Positions 1-10,001 of a stretch of DNA of 64,000 bases are shown here, one piece after another. Made by a program: the position numbers and the translations under genes. The DNA is taken from assembly GCA_964518475.1 (NCBI GenBank), contig CAZFGR010000007.1:12350-76349 (forward strand), read 5' to 3'. Origin of the DNA: an uncultured Nitrososphaerota archaeon (lineage in GTDB: Archaea; Asgardarchaeota; Njordarchaeia; Njordarchaeales; Njordarchaeaceae). The notes beneath the pieces were generated by a model, which saw only the letters and a list, made by a program, of their open reading frames with translations, was not told where the DNA came from and did not search any database. The stretch's first letter is position 1. Every line of letters begins with the position of its first letter.

Positions 1-767
1 AACCCTGTCGTTATTATGTCCACCATTACGTATTCTCCACCATAATCAGCTACTAACTTAGCCCTCCTTATCATTTCCCGTGTTTCAGCTGTGATGTTTA
101 TCAAATAGCTCTTTCTCTGACCTGTTTCAGCTTCCACTTTGTCACGTGTTTTAAATACGAGCTCGACTCTTTTCTCGAATTTATTAAATTTCAAACTTGT
201 TAAGTTTTCATCATCTTTTACTAAGTCAATGCCTCCAAACCATACTTCGTACGCAATTTTCGCAAATTCTTCAGCACTATAACCTACTTTTGGTTTTGGT
301 ACACTAGCCGTGATTGGCCTATCATATATTTTGAGAAGCCGCCTTATGCCCTCGATTCCGTGTAAAGGACCTTTAAATGCTTTAACATATTCTTCTGGTA
401 ATTCAATATCAATTAATCGCAAATTTTTAACTGCTTTCATACCAAAAATATTGCCAGCGACGCCAGAAAGTAGTTGGGGTATATTACCTGGTTCCCACAG
501 ATCTAGGGGATATGCTACCCAGATAATATTATTCTCATGATCAATCTTGTATACCCTCGCCATAATATCTCGTACTCTTCCGGGTAATTCTGTTAATGTT
601 GTCCAAGTTCCTACGCTACTCTCGGAAGCCACTCTACCCGCCGCTTCCTCTAGAGAGAACCCCTCAGCTGGTTCTACGTAAAAGGTGGCTAATAAATCGC
701 TCTTCGATGGCTTATATGATAAGTCAACGAAATCTAAATACCAATCTTTTTTCTCCATTTTCTTCAT
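1..767 (-). CDS. rbcL: RuBisCO large subunit, form III (3' end runs off the window; missed by the ORF track)
   Basis: Manual translation gives MKKMEKKDWYLDFVDLSYKP...ASESSVGTWT...GNIFGMKAVKNLRLIDI...PKPKVG...GGIDLVKDDENLTS, containing the RuBisCO KDDE motif. The ATG at 767 overlaps the upstream TGA. Confidence 0.95.
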   Translation of the reverse strand, partial: MKKMEKKDWYLDFVDLSYKPSKSDLLATFYVEPAEGFSLEEAAGRVASESSVGTWTTLTELPGRVRDIMARVYKIDHENNIIWVAYPLDLWEPGNIPQLLSGVAGNIFGMKAVKNLRLIDIELPEEYVKAFKGPLHGIEGIRRLLKIYDRPITASVPKPKVGYSAEEFAKIAYEVWFGGIDLVKDDENLTSLKFNKFEKRVELVFKTRDKVEAETGQRKSYLINITAETREMIRRAKLVADYGGEYVMVDIITTG

Positions 768-1606
768 TCTCCTATAGAAACGACTTCTTTTTCGGATACC
801 CAGTATATCCGAGATATGTAAAGCTCATCTTCTCTAAAGTATCCCTTTAACACAACTAATTTGTCTAGAAGGGATGGAGCGGGTGGGTCTTTAAAATAAA
901 CCGCTGGGAATGTACCTGATTTATCACTGACTACGTATCTCCATACCTTCTCCACTTCGGGCTCCACGCTTCCATGTTCGGGACACACCCAATCAGAATC
1001 CTGAAGCTCTAGACTTTTTCCACATACTGGGCATGCAAAATACTCCGATGTGCTTTCATCAATGACCAATACTTTGACTAACCAAGCCCCTTTATTCTCC
1101 TTCATAAATGTTAGGAACTCGGCCCAAGCCGGTTTCAAATCAGTTATTGGAGGCAATTTAGAATCATCCAGTATCTCAATGATAGAGTTCTCCGTCACCT
1201 TAACAAGAGTATACTTCCTTAGTTTTGCCTTAGTGTATTTCCTAATCATCAAGACTTTATCCTCTGATTCCCGGAGAAGATTTACGTGATGCTCACCGAA
1301 AGCCACACAAGGAATTCGTTCCTCCTCATTAACCACCGTAAATAATACGTAAGGAGTTTCCCCAGAAGCACTTCTTGACTTTCTAACTGGGCCTACCTCA
1401 AGTAATCGCCCTATAATCGGAGCATAAGCTATCTGAGAAGTATCCACTCCCAGATTCCTAGCAACAATCATAGCTGCTGCTCTCTTTGTGAGAAAACTTT
1501 TTGCCTTAGAATATACCTTCTCCACAAGCTCATCAAATTCTGTGCGAGAAATATTAACAGTCTTTTTCACGACATCCCAGATATCTTCATAGTCATTAGA
1601 GCTCAT
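764..1606 (-). CDS. Replication protein A / OB-fold ssDNA-binding protein with Zn finger
   Basis: N-terminal 'AAAMIVARNLGV' helix typical of archaeal RPA, OB-like strands, CPVC..CPEH Zn finger and 'SDKSG' motif. Likely start is the ATG at 1606. Confidence 0.75.
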   Translation of the reverse strand: MSSNDYEDIWDVVKKTVNISRTEFDELVEKVYSKAKSFLTKRAAAMIVARNLGVDTSQIAYAPIIGRLLEVGPVRKSRSASGETPYVLFTVVNEEERIPCVAFGEHHVNLLRESEDKVLMIRKYTKAKLRKYTLVKVTENSIIEILDDSKLPPITDLKPAWAEFLTFMKENKGAWLVKVLVIDESTSEYFACPVCGKSLELQDSDWVCPEHGSVEPEVEKVWRYVVSDKSGTFPAVYFKDPPAPSLLDKLVVLKGYFREDELYISRIYWVSEKEVVSIGE

Positions 1607-1719
1607 TAGGATCACATCGACTAAACATAAATGGCGCTGTATCAATATAAAGACCCAGATATAAAAACATGATGAGGATTATTTATCCTTTTTTAGTCCT
1701 ATATTACTGGTGCCTATTA

Positions 1720-3708
1720 ATGCCCAAAGTAAAATTATTCATTGGAGACCATCTACTAGAGTCGAATGAGTTAGACATAAAACAATACATACAAGTCAAT
1801 AACTATTTGAGAAGATTCTGTGTCTCAGATGCTTCAAAAGGCGGGTTAAGACTAGACTGGCGAATTTTTATTTCTCCCGAACAATTGTTGGAAAAACTGG
1901 AGAATACTCTGGGAGTGGATAACTCGTTTGTAACTGCTCTGAGAAGGATAACAGCGAAATTATTAAAAGAGACGCCAAATATTCTCTTAGAAAATGATTA
2001 CATATTCTTCGCAATTAAAGAATATGATTATAATGAAGTAATAGAAAGAATAGGGGGAGAACTCGTTCTAAAAATAATCGAGATTAGAGATCTAGGAAAA
2101 ATAGAATGTCCTTATCTCCGGTTTTCTAGAGAGAAGCTTCCTTTATTGGTACAGCAATTCAATGATCCTATGCTACCAGAGAATTTCAGAAAGCTCCTAA
2201 TTGAATTGAGGAATAAAATGGCTGAACAGAAAGTGGTTATTAGAGAATTCGGAGTAAAATGGATTGAAGTAAAAATACCTATGATGGCTTCGAAAGAATT
2301 TTTGGAAGAATTGAAAAGCTTGGGAGTTGTGAGATATTATATCTCGGATTCTTCTACTGGAGAACTGGTTCTAAAAGAAGAGAAAATGTACAAAGAAGTA
2401 AGGAGTCAGGAAGGTGTTCTCCTAAGATTACCTAATTACGCAATAGCTATGGTGTCAAAAATTTGTGCAAAACACGGCTATTTACCAGACATAACTATAA
2501 AGATCCCAGATAAGATAAGTGAGGAAATTGATCAAAAATTCCAACTCATGCCTTATCAAGACGATGCCCTTAAAGCATGGATCAATAACAATAATTTGGG
2601 AACAATTGTGATTCCGACTGGAGGTGGGAAAACCTTCATAGGACTAGCAGCAATATCAAAACTAAAAGTACCGACCATTGTTTTCGTGCCAAATAAACTC
2701 CTTCTGTGGCAGTGGAGGGATAGAATTAACAAGTTCCTCGGCATCCCTAAGGACGAGATAGGAATCTTAGGCGCAGGTGAAAAGAAAATTAAGGACATAA
2801 CTGTAGCCACTTATCAATCAGGAGTTAAATATGTTGAAAAAATCGCGACGAGGTTTTCTCTTGTAATATTTGATGAAGGCCATCATGTTCCGGCAAGAAC
2901 CTTTAAGGATACAGCCCTCTACATGCGAGCACCTTATAGAATGGCTCTTTCCGCCACACCGCAAAGATTTGATAAAAATGAAATCCTCCTCTTTCAATTA
3001 GCTGGAGAAATAGTATACAAGATTGATTATTCCGAGCTCGTTAGAAGAGGAATTCTCGCACCCCTAGCGGTGAGAAAGATTCTCGTACCGTTGCCGCCAG
3101 AGTTACAACCTTTATATAATGCCTTGGAAAAAGAGGCGAAAAACGCTACTGATGAATTCGATAGGAAGAAAAAAATTAATAAATTGATAGAAGTGGCGAG
3201 AGACAATCCAGAGAAAATAGGTGTTGTGAGAGAGATTGTTAAGAAGCATAAAGATGAGAAAATCTTCATTTTTGCGGGTAGTATAAATTTCGCTGAAACA
3301 ATAGCTTCAGCAATAAGAGATATTATCCCAACAGCAGTTCTCACAGCAAAAATAAGTGAAAGTGAAGAGAAAAAAATCGCGAAAGATTTCTTAGAGGGTA
3401 GGATTAGGGCACTAGTCTTAGTTAAAAAAGGCGAAGAAGGCTTAGATGTTGGCGACGCTAGTGTAGCGATAATTGCGGGTGGATCAAAACAGGTGAGAGA
3501 GTTTATTCAGAGAGTAGGGAGAGTGCTTAGAGGTGGGCCAACGAAACTAGCATGGGTTTATGAGATAGTTACTAAGAACACAATAGAAGAGGCTATAAGC
3601 AGGGCTAGAAGAGCAAGAGAATTAGTGAGAGGAATTGAAGATTTTATAAAAAAGAACTATGGCGTTAGAGCTTTTAGGGTAATAAACTGGCCATCAAAAT
3701 TTTTATAA
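1720..3708 (+). CDS. xpb: XPB/Rad25-family SF2 helicase with long N-terminal extension
   Basis: PYQ, PTGGGKT, DEGHH, LSAT, EGLD and QRVGRVLR motifs. Likely start is the ATG at 1720. Confidence 0.85.
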   Translation: MPKVKLFIGDHLLESNELDIKQYIQVNNYLRRFCVSDASKGGLRLDWRIFISPEQLLEKLENTLGVDNSFVTALRRITAKLLKETPNILLENDYIFFAIKEYDYNEVIERIGGELVLKIIEIRDLGKIECPYLRFSREKLPLLVQQFNDPMLPENFRKLLIELRNKMAEQKVVIREFGVKWIEVKIPMMASKEFLEELKSLGVVRYYISDSSTGELVLKEEKMYKEVRSQEGVLLRLPNYAIAMVSKICAKHGYLPDITIKIPDKISEEIDQKFQLMPYQDDALKAWINNNNLGTIVIPTGGGKTFIGLAAISKLKVPTIVFVPNKLLLWQWRDRINKFLGIPKDEIGILGAGEKKIKDITVATYQSGVKYVEKIATRFSLVIFDEGHHVPARTFKDTALYMRAPYRMALSATPQRFDKNEILLFQLAGEIVYKIDYSELVRRGILAPLAVRKILVPLPPELQPLYNALEKEAKNATDEFDRKKKINKLIEVARDNPEKIGVVREIVKKHKDEKIFIFAGSINFAETIASAIRDIIPTAVLTAKISESEEKKIAKDFLEGRIRALVLVKKGEEGLDVGDASVAIIAGGSKQVREFIQRVGRVLRGGPTKLAWVYEIVTKNTIEEAISRARRARELVRGIEDFIKKNYGVRAFRVINWPSKFL

Positions 3709-3732
3709 GATTCTTCAATCCCCTATAGTTAG

Positions 3733-3786
3733 TTGAGAGCCTCAGGCTCGATGAATGAGCGCGGATGCCTAGTGGCGATGAAGCGC
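3733..3786 (+). ncRNA. Tandem K-turn hairpin element (putative L7Ae-binding RNA)
   Basis: ttGA-gagcc-tca-ggctc-gat-GA followed by gcgcgGA-tgcc-tagt-ggc-gat-GAa-gcgc (Kt-7-like). GC-rich island in an AT-rich spacer. Confidence 0.4.
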
Positions 3787-3817
3787 ACCCCTTTCTCGAT
3801 CTATCGGGTGAGTAGAG

Positions 3818-4177
3818 ATAGAGTCTTATTCAGAATTCAGCGAACTATCAGAAGTTCTGGAGACTAATTATAAGGATAACTTCGTAGGCTTCCTTGTGCT
3901 AGAATTACCCGAGAACAACATCATCAGTATTGTCGTTGTTCTTAGGAAGCGTTCCCCCATAATGGTTGAGGATTCCGTTAGGGCGTATAGCCTGGTGAAA
4001 TACTATTATCCAGAAGCCAGAAATATCTCCATAATCACCCTAAATGAGTTGAAAGACAAAATAAAGAATGATCAGTGCGTAGCAATGCTGTTAAGAGAGA
4101 ATACCGTCTTTCTCTATGCTAAAGATGAAGAACTTAAGAAAATAATAAAAGAGCTTAGTCAGCCATCTAATGAATGA
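3818..4177 (+). CDS. Small protein, degenerate minimal-nucleotidyltransferase-like fold
   Basis: The frame is open from the ATA at 3818, behind a GGTGAG RBS. 'LETNYKDNFVGFLVL..IISIVVVL..ISIITLNEL' follows the MNT layout but lacks GS and DxD. Confidence 0.4.
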   Translation: MESYSEFSELSEVLETNYKDNFVGFLVLELPENNIISIVVVLRKRSPIMVEDSVRAYSLVKYYYPEARNISIITLNELKDKIKNDQCVAMLLRENTVFLYAKDEELKKIIKELSQPSNE

Positions 4178-4228
4178 TTTCCGAGAATCTTATAAATTAG
4201 GTTAAAAATTTAGGAAAGGATGTAGACT

Positions 4229-5287
4229 TTACTCCTTTAGACCAGAACAAGGAATATTTTGTATTTCTTTTGGCCACTCTCCAGTCTCTAAATATTCATC
4301 TACTGCCTTAGCGACGATTTTCCCCATCTTAATGGCTGATGCTATGTCTTTAGGACCCGTTACCACATCTCCCGCTGCGAATACTTTTTTGCGCGTCGTC
4401 CTACCTTTTTCATCCACAATTATTCTATTTCTAGAATCTACAGCGATATCATATTTGTTAGGGTCTTCAAACGGAGGTGTAGGTATCTCTCCTATAGCAA
4501 GTAATACGGTATCACAAGGTATCTGGAATTCGCTTCCGGGAATCGGCTCAGGACGAGGCCGACCTGAAGAGTCGAGTTCTCCTAAGCGCATCCGAACACA
4601 TTCAACAGCTTTTACTCTACCTGTTTCATCCCCTACAAACCTGATTGGTGATGCTAGGAAAACGAAGTTAACTCCCTCTTTTTCCGCGGCTTCTACCTCT
4701 GTCTTGTGAGCTGGCATATACTCCTTAGTTCGCCTATACACTATGGTAACATTGGCTCCTAGCCTCTTGACAGTCCTTGCTCCGTCAATCGCACTATTCC
4801 CGCCACCTATCACCACAACCTTTTTTCCAATTTTTGGAACTTCCTCTTCTTCTAAGTATCCTTTTTTGTAAAGTGATAATTTAACTAGGAAATCGAGAAC
4901 GGGGTATATTCCTTCAAGCTCTCTACCCGGAATATCTAACTCAACTTCCTTCCAAGCCCCTGTCGCTATTACAATTGCATCGTATTGTTGTAGAAGTTGT
5001 TCAAATTCTATATCCTTTCCAACTCGTGTTTTACATACGAATAAAACACCTACCTCCTCTAGTTCTTTAATCCCCTGAATAATCTTATCCTTCGGCATCC
5101 TGAAGTCTGGAATACCGAAAATTAAAAGTCCTCCAGGCTCGGGCATGGCATCATAAACTGTTACCTCATGACCCATGCATATTAGGCCCCCCGCAATAGT
5201 TAGTCCTGCAGGCCCAGCTCCTATTATGGCAACTTTTTTCCCTGTGAGTGGATGTTTTGTCTCAGGAGTACACTGAGAAAACTTCAT
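4229..5287 (-). CDS. GltD/SudA-like FAD/NAD(P)H oxidoreductase, short form lacking the N-terminal Fe-S domain
   Basis: KVAIIGAGPAGL, GGLLIFGIPDFR, VVVIGGGNSAID, YRRT and FAAGD motifs. GGAGGT RBS before the ATG at 5287. Confidence 0.85.
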   Translation of the reverse strand: MKFSQCTPETKHPLTGKKVAIIGAGPAGLTIAGGLICMGHEVTVYDAMPEPGGLLIFGIPDFRMPKDKIIQGIKELEEVGVLFVCKTRVGKDIEFEQLLQQYDAIVIATGAWKEVELDIPGRELEGIYPVLDFLVKLSLYKKGYLEEEEVPKIGKKVVVIGGGNSAIDGARTVKRLGANVTIVYRRTKEYMPAHKTEVEAAEKEGVNFVFLASPIRFVGDETGRVKAVECVRMRLGELDSSGRPRPEPIPGSEFQIPCDTVLLAIGEIPTPPFEDPNKYDIAVDSRNRIIVDEKGRTTRKKVFAAGDVVTGPKDIASAIKMGKIVAKAVDEYLETGEWPKEIQNIPCSGLKE

Positions 5288-5423
5288 AGTATAAACCTCC
5301 AAAAATTACTGCAAATGAACAATTTTTAATTCGGAGTTACTTCTTTTTAGAAAAATAAGTATTTCACATAACGTCTACGCTAACAACTAACCCATAGAAT
5401 TTATTTTAGAATCCACGATATTC

Positions 5424-6308
5424 TCATTTCACAATATCTTTTAGTGTGTTAAGACTATCGATGAGATCCCCAGAAGTTACCTCTTTTTTCTCTGATAAGC
5501 TTTTTGCAATCTCTTCTAAGATAGCAAGAACGAACTCTTCCTTTGCGTTCTCAAACAATTCAGCCACTAATTGATTCTCAACAACACGTTTACTGGGTCT
5601 TGTCGCAATATTAACAACAGCTACCCTGGTGTTCTCTATAAGCATTACTGGAGAAGTCTTCGACATTATCGCAATATCTGTCACGTATTTCGGGTTCTGC
5701 ATTAGCGTCTCCACGAACCTGGTGGGTTCTACAAAGTATTTTAGGAACGGCCCTTTATTCTCATTAAATTCTATGTAAATTATATTTCGGATACCAAAGT
5801 TGATCAAAACGTTTCTCAGGTCTTTCTCAATATTTAATAAGCCGGGGTTATCGATTACTCTTCTCTTGTTCTCCAAGAAATCTATTATGCTGCGAATTTT
5901 TTGAAAGATCTCATTCCTTTCTAAGTTAACCCTATAGACTTTTGCGCCGCCACTCAGATAAGTCTCCAAAGCTCCAATACTAACAATCTTATCAAGAATT
6001 CTCTCTACCTTATCACTTGGCAATTTTGATTTTCTAGATATTTCGCTGAGAGAGAATAAGAAAAGTGTTAAAGCGGATTGTAGAACTCCTAAGTACTCAT
6101 TTAAATTGAATTCGTAAATCTCCCGATACTCATCACTCTGGCTAGCAAGAGATTCTTGAATGATTTCTCTCACAAATCTCCTCGTTTTTCTTCGCCGAGA
6201 TTTAATCAGCGATAAAACATAGTCCAGAGAATACACAATGAGACTACCTATCAGGAAACCCATTACAATACTTAATACCAAAGATAAATTTACTTGCAAA
6301 GGAATCAT
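5424..6308 (-). CDS. Membrane-anchored protein: N-terminal TM + winged HTH + longin/uDENN-like domain
   Basis: A TM helix followed by RRRKTRR, then 'SLSEISRKSKLPSDKVERILDKIVSIGAL..KVYRVN' (wHTH), then 'NIIYIEFNENKGPFLKYF', which resembles the uDENN/NPR2 first hairpin. The ATG at 6308 overlaps the upstream TGA. Confidence 0.6.
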   Translation of the reverse strand: MIPLQVNLSLVLSIVMGFLIGSLIVYSLDYVLSLIKSRRRKTRRFVREIIQESLASQSDEYREIYEFNLNEYLGVLQSALTLFLFSLSEISRKSKLPSDKVERILDKIVSIGALETYLSGGAKVYRVNLERNEIFQKIRSIIDFLENKRRVIDNPGLLNIEKDLRNVLINFGIRNIIYIEFNENKGPFLKYFVEPTRFVETLMQNPKYVTDIAIMSKTSPVMLIENTRVAVVNIATRPSKRVVENQLVAELFENAKEEFVLAILEEIAKSLSEKKEVTSGDLIDSLNTLKDIVK

Positions 6309-9300
6309 CTCCTTCTTCTCCTTCGCATCAAGAGAGTAAGGGAACTCCCACAAACAACTCCTACTAATAAGCCAATATACTGAATCTCGACTATTGATGT
6401 TGGAGTTTTTCCTTGAGTTGGTGAAGGTAAGTGTGTGGATCCTTCGCCTTCTTCACGAATAATGATCTTTATGGAGTTTTCTCCATGATTACCAGCATTA
6501 TCAATGGCAATAATCCTTAACACATAAGTTCCGGGCTCCGTTAAGTTTATTGAGAACGTTTTCTCTGTATCATTAAAAGAATAGAGAAGAGTGTTATTCA
6601 TATAGATAAGGACGCCCCTAATTCCGTTTTTATCAGTAACCTCGTAAGAAACATTAATTAGTCCAGGAGGAAAAACAGAATTGTTCAAGGGCTCATCTAT
6701 TACTATCTTAGGGGGTGTTACATCAATTACTATGGTTTTCTCTTTAACAGCTTTATTTCCAGCGAGATCTATAGCTTCTACATATAGGAAATAGACTCCT
6801 TCTGAGACATTTATCGTAATGGCAAGGTTTGTTTCATTGCCGTTATACAGGCATGTGTTGTTTAGATAAACAAGTACGTGTTTTATTTCGATCCTATCAG
6901 TTATGTTTGCTTGGATGCTGAGAGTTGTTGTGTTTAATAGATCTGGAGCTCTAAGCTGAATAGTCGGTGGGTGAGTATCAATAATTACTCCTTGGCTATA
7001 TTCTGCAATGTTACCAGCTATGTCAAATGACAATATACGCACTATATAGTAGCCGTCCTCGCCTACATCATAGTGCACCGAGATATTAGCAACAGAGCCG
7101 TTATAGACTAGAGTATCATTAATATACACGCGAGAGAGTTCTACACCGAGATCATCAGTAACATTGGCAGTAATAGTAAGAAGAGTTGAATTCGTTATCT
7201 CGGGCACGTTTAGTGTGAGCATTGGGGCGCTAAGGTCAACATATAGGTTTTTCTCTAATAGTGCCTTTCTACCAGCTGTATCATTAGCTACGATCAGAAT
7301 TACATGATTCCCAGCAGCTAATTCTTCAATCGTTAAATGAATTGCTTCATGACTAGAACCTAGTGAGAAGATGTGAGGATAGCTTTGATCCACAGTGATG
7401 ATGCAAGAACTCAAACATACGTCGTCACGGAGCTCTATAGTGAGGGTAGGTGAGGAAGAGTTAGTTACGTATAGCCCTAGGGAATCAACATATTTTAAGC
7501 CCCGTAAATCTATGACTGGAGAAGAAGTATCAGGGAGAGCACTTAGACTCGTTAATCTCATGATTGATGAGTTCTCTAAGAAAAACGAGATAAAGCGAGT
7601 TGTGCTAAGCAGAGAAATAGCCCTAATAGCGTTCCCTCCATAAGCTATCTTCGCTTCCTGAGAAGGAAGAAACATATGAATTGTGGTATTCGTAAACAGT
7701 GTGTAAGGTGCTGCGGCTCTGGGTTTTTCTCCGAGTTTTATTTCATTGTAAGTTGCATTATCTAAATTAATATTAATGAATGAATTATTAACCGGGTACA
7801 CTAGTATGATAGAGTTGTTATAAGGATGAAGCGAGAAAGTATAAAAATCGCTAAGAGTGTGCGAGAAAATCGGGAGAATGGTTGACCAATTCTTAATCAG
7901 CCACACACTAATATTCCATTTGTAAAGATCGTATAACCTAAATTTTCCCCATGCTACTAAGCCGACGTCTAGTGAATTATTATTACGTATAATTATTAGA
8001 TCATGGAGACCCGTCAGAAATTCCCAATCCAAAAATCTGAGACTTGTAGTGATATTATGAGCAATACTAAGATCTGATTTATTAAGCACTAGAAAGCTAA
8101 AGACTAGAGATCGATTACTTACTTTTCTGGTAATAGTAAGTATTTTTTCGCCATAGACTTCTAAGGCTAGTACGTCACCTGTCAACTGTCGTCGTGTCTC
8201 ATCGGGGAACTTAACTATTGTAGAGTTCTGAAAAGCAACTATTATTTCCCCTGATGACTGATCCATCGCCACTTCTCTAGAATCTTCCATACTGTGTAAT
8301 AGAGCGATTTGAGAAGAATTATAATCATGAATAAAAAGGGAGCCATTTGAGAGGAGATACGAAATTGTATTTAGTGAGAGATCCACTTTTTCCACGAATG
8401 CGTCTTCGATGAAGAACTCGTGCACATATCCATGGGAGTTTATAAAGATTACATGGTGGCGAGTATAGGCCACTAAAGCATTATAAGTTCGTTCATAGCC
8501 TACAAAACCAACATCCAGTATAACCTGAGTTTTCACAGAGAAATCGCTAGCGAGAATATATAATAGCCCGTATTTACAGGCAATTATGAAGGTCTTATTA
8601 TCAGAAACGGCTATATCTTGAGGAGGTTCTGAACAAGTAATGTTTTCCTCCTGGTCTAAGGTTGACACATCATATATAGCTACAGTGTCTCTAGGATTTA
8701 TGTGAATAGCCGCTATTACATTATTAGCGTACAATATTTTGTATGTCGAAGCATTTTTCTGTGTAGAGAATAAGTAGGAATTATTCGAATAGATAATGCC
8801 AAAACTATCACTAGTTCGAATAAGTATTTCTGAGGAAGAATCGTTGTCGAGATCTGGAATGACTTGGGATGATTCGTGGTTCAAGAATAAATTCATTGCT
8901 CCTTGATCATTGATTACGAATTGTTTAAGCTTTGTAAATGCTTGATTAACGAGCCCGAATATGTACTGAAAAGCATTGCTTGTAACCACGCAGATGGAGG
9001 GACTGTTGTTCCAAATAATATTGCTGGAAAAAATGATCTTGGAGGGTAATTCTTGTATAATTATCGTGTCTGATGACCCTGGAATTGTATTTGCTAAGCC
9101 ATTAGAACTATATCCATCCTCAGTCGTATAGTTGAGGACGAAAATAAGTTGATTCTGGAGAGGGAATAGGTTCAGGAGAGTGTAGTTAACCACTATAGAC
9201 TGGCCATCAGAAAAGGTCACGTTTTTCCAAGACCATTTAACTAGGTTCTCATCTATTAGATAAAACTCTTTAGATAATCGTTTCCATGCGACAATCTCTT

Positions 9301-9850
9301 TGATAGTGTCATTATCAAAATCATTAATTACAATTCTATCAGCAATAATCGATGAATTCCTAATAAATAATTCGGCTTGGCATGTAGAGTTAAGCACATA
9401 TAAGCCTTTATCAGAGAGCAATACCAGTTCTTCTGAACAGTCATTGTTAAGGTCAAACACTTTGTAACTCTGGGTATATCCCACTTCGAGGTAATTGGAA
9501 TAGTTAATAGAGAGAATAGATCGCTCTGTTATCAGGAAATAGAATAATGAGTTATTATCTCCTTTCGTTGTAGCAACTCCTCTAATATCTCTGTGGAATG
9601 TCTTGAGCGTCCTAAGAGAGAAATTAGTATATGCGGTACTCTGATTTATTTGGCTAACGACAAAGCGCTCTTCTCCGAACTGATAATTATTTTTTCGCAG
9701 ACTCTTAGGAAGATGCGATGAGAAGGAGTTTTCTACCTCATAGTACTGTATGGGGCTTTTTGGAACTATGAATCCGAAGTTATGAATCACAAGAAGCGGG
9801 GAAAGAAGCAAAATTGTTATGAAAAGAAGATTAACGAGATTTCTTTTCAT
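6305..9850 (-). CDS. Large surface glycoprotein: signal peptide, FG-GAP-like beta-propeller region, 4 Ig-like repeats, C-terminal TM
   Basis: DLNNDCSEE, DFDNDTIKE and DLDNDSSSE Ca-loop motifs. Repeats start DTSSP/DLSAP/DTHPP/DVTPP and end in DxAG(N/R). Many NxS/T sequons, an S/T/P linker, then a TM and RRRRRR. Confidence 0.8.
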   Translation of the reverse strand: MKRNLVNLLFITILLLSPLLVIHNFGFIVPKSPIQYYEVENSFSSHLPKSLRKNNYQFGEERFVVSQINQSTAYTNFSLRTLKTFHRDIRGVATTKGDNNSLFYFLITERSILSINYSNYLEVGYTQSYKVFDLNNDCSEELVLLSDKGLYVLNSTCQAELFIRNSSIIADRIVINDFDNDTIKEIVAWKRLSKEFYLIDENLVKWSWKNVTFSDGQSIVVNYTLLNLFPLQNQLIFVLNYTTEDGYSSNGLANTIPGSSDTIIIQELPSKIIFSSNIIWNNSPSICVVTSNAFQYIFGLVNQAFTKLKQFVINDQGAMNLFLNHESSQVIPDLDNDSSSEILIRTSDSFGIIYSNNSYLFSTQKNASTYKILYANNVIAAIHINPRDTVAIYDVSTLDQEENITCSEPPQDIAVSDNKTFIIACKYGLLYILASDFSVKTQVILDVGFVGYERTYNALVAYTRHHVIFINSHGYVHEFFIEDAFVEKVDLSLNTISYLLSNGSLFIHDYNSSQIALLHSMEDSREVAMDQSSGEIIVAFQNSTIVKFPDETRRQLTGDVLALEVYGEKILTITRKVSNRSLVFSFLVLNKSDLSIAHNITTSLRFLDWEFLTGLHDLIIIRNNNSLDVGLVAWGKFRLYDLYKWNISVWLIKNWSTILPIFSHTLSDFYTFSLHPYNNSIILVYPVNNSFININLDNATYNEIKLGEKPRAAAPYTLFTNTTIHMFLPSQEAKIAYGGNAIRAISLLSTTRFISFFLENSSIMRLTSLSALPDTSSPVIDLRGLKYVDSLGLYVTNSSSPTLTIELRDDVCLSSCIITVDQSYPHIFSLGSSHEAIHLTIEELAAGNHVILIVANDTAGRKALLEKNLYVDLSAPMLTLNVPEITNSTLLTITANVTDDLGVELSRVYINDTLVYNGSVANISVHYDVGEDGYYIVRILSFDIAGNIAEYSQGVIIDTHPPTIQLRAPDLLNTTTLSIQANITDRIEIKHVLVYLNNTCLYNGNETNLAITINVSEGVYFLYVEAIDLAGNKAVKEKTIVIDVTPPKIVIDEPLNNSVFPPGLINVSYEVTDKNGIRGVLIYMNNTLLYSFNDTEKTFSINLTEPGTYVLRIIAIDNAGNHGENSIKIIIREEGEGSTHLPSPTQGKTPTSIVEIQYIGLLVGVVCGSSLTLLMRRRRRR

Positions 9851-9866
9851 AATTTAACCTCAAGTA

Positions 9867-9926
9867 GTTATTCCTGCATAAATGCTAAATTGCTGTGAAG
9901 GAATGTGTGAGTATGCGGAGAATAAC
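9867..9926. promoter_or_regulatory. Imperfect inverted repeat upstream of the surface-protein gene
   Basis: gttattcctgcata-N31-tatgcggagaataac. Confidence 0.35.
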
Positions 9927-10001
9927 ACTATGCTGACTTAAATATGTTCATGATAATATGTAGAGAAGGAGGCAGAAATAAAAACTTTTTCAGAATGAGT
10001 C

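Noticed and set aside
310-1289. Short plus-strand ORFs 310-540, 596-850 and 1050-1289, and similar antisense ORFs throughout the track
   Set aside because: They are shadows of well-supported opposite-strand genes such as rbcL and rpa.
3733-3811. SECIS element / selenocysteine read-through at TGA 3809
   Set aside because: The K-turn polarity is opposite to SECIS, xpb ends in TAA, and the frame upstream of the TGA closes again within 10 codons.
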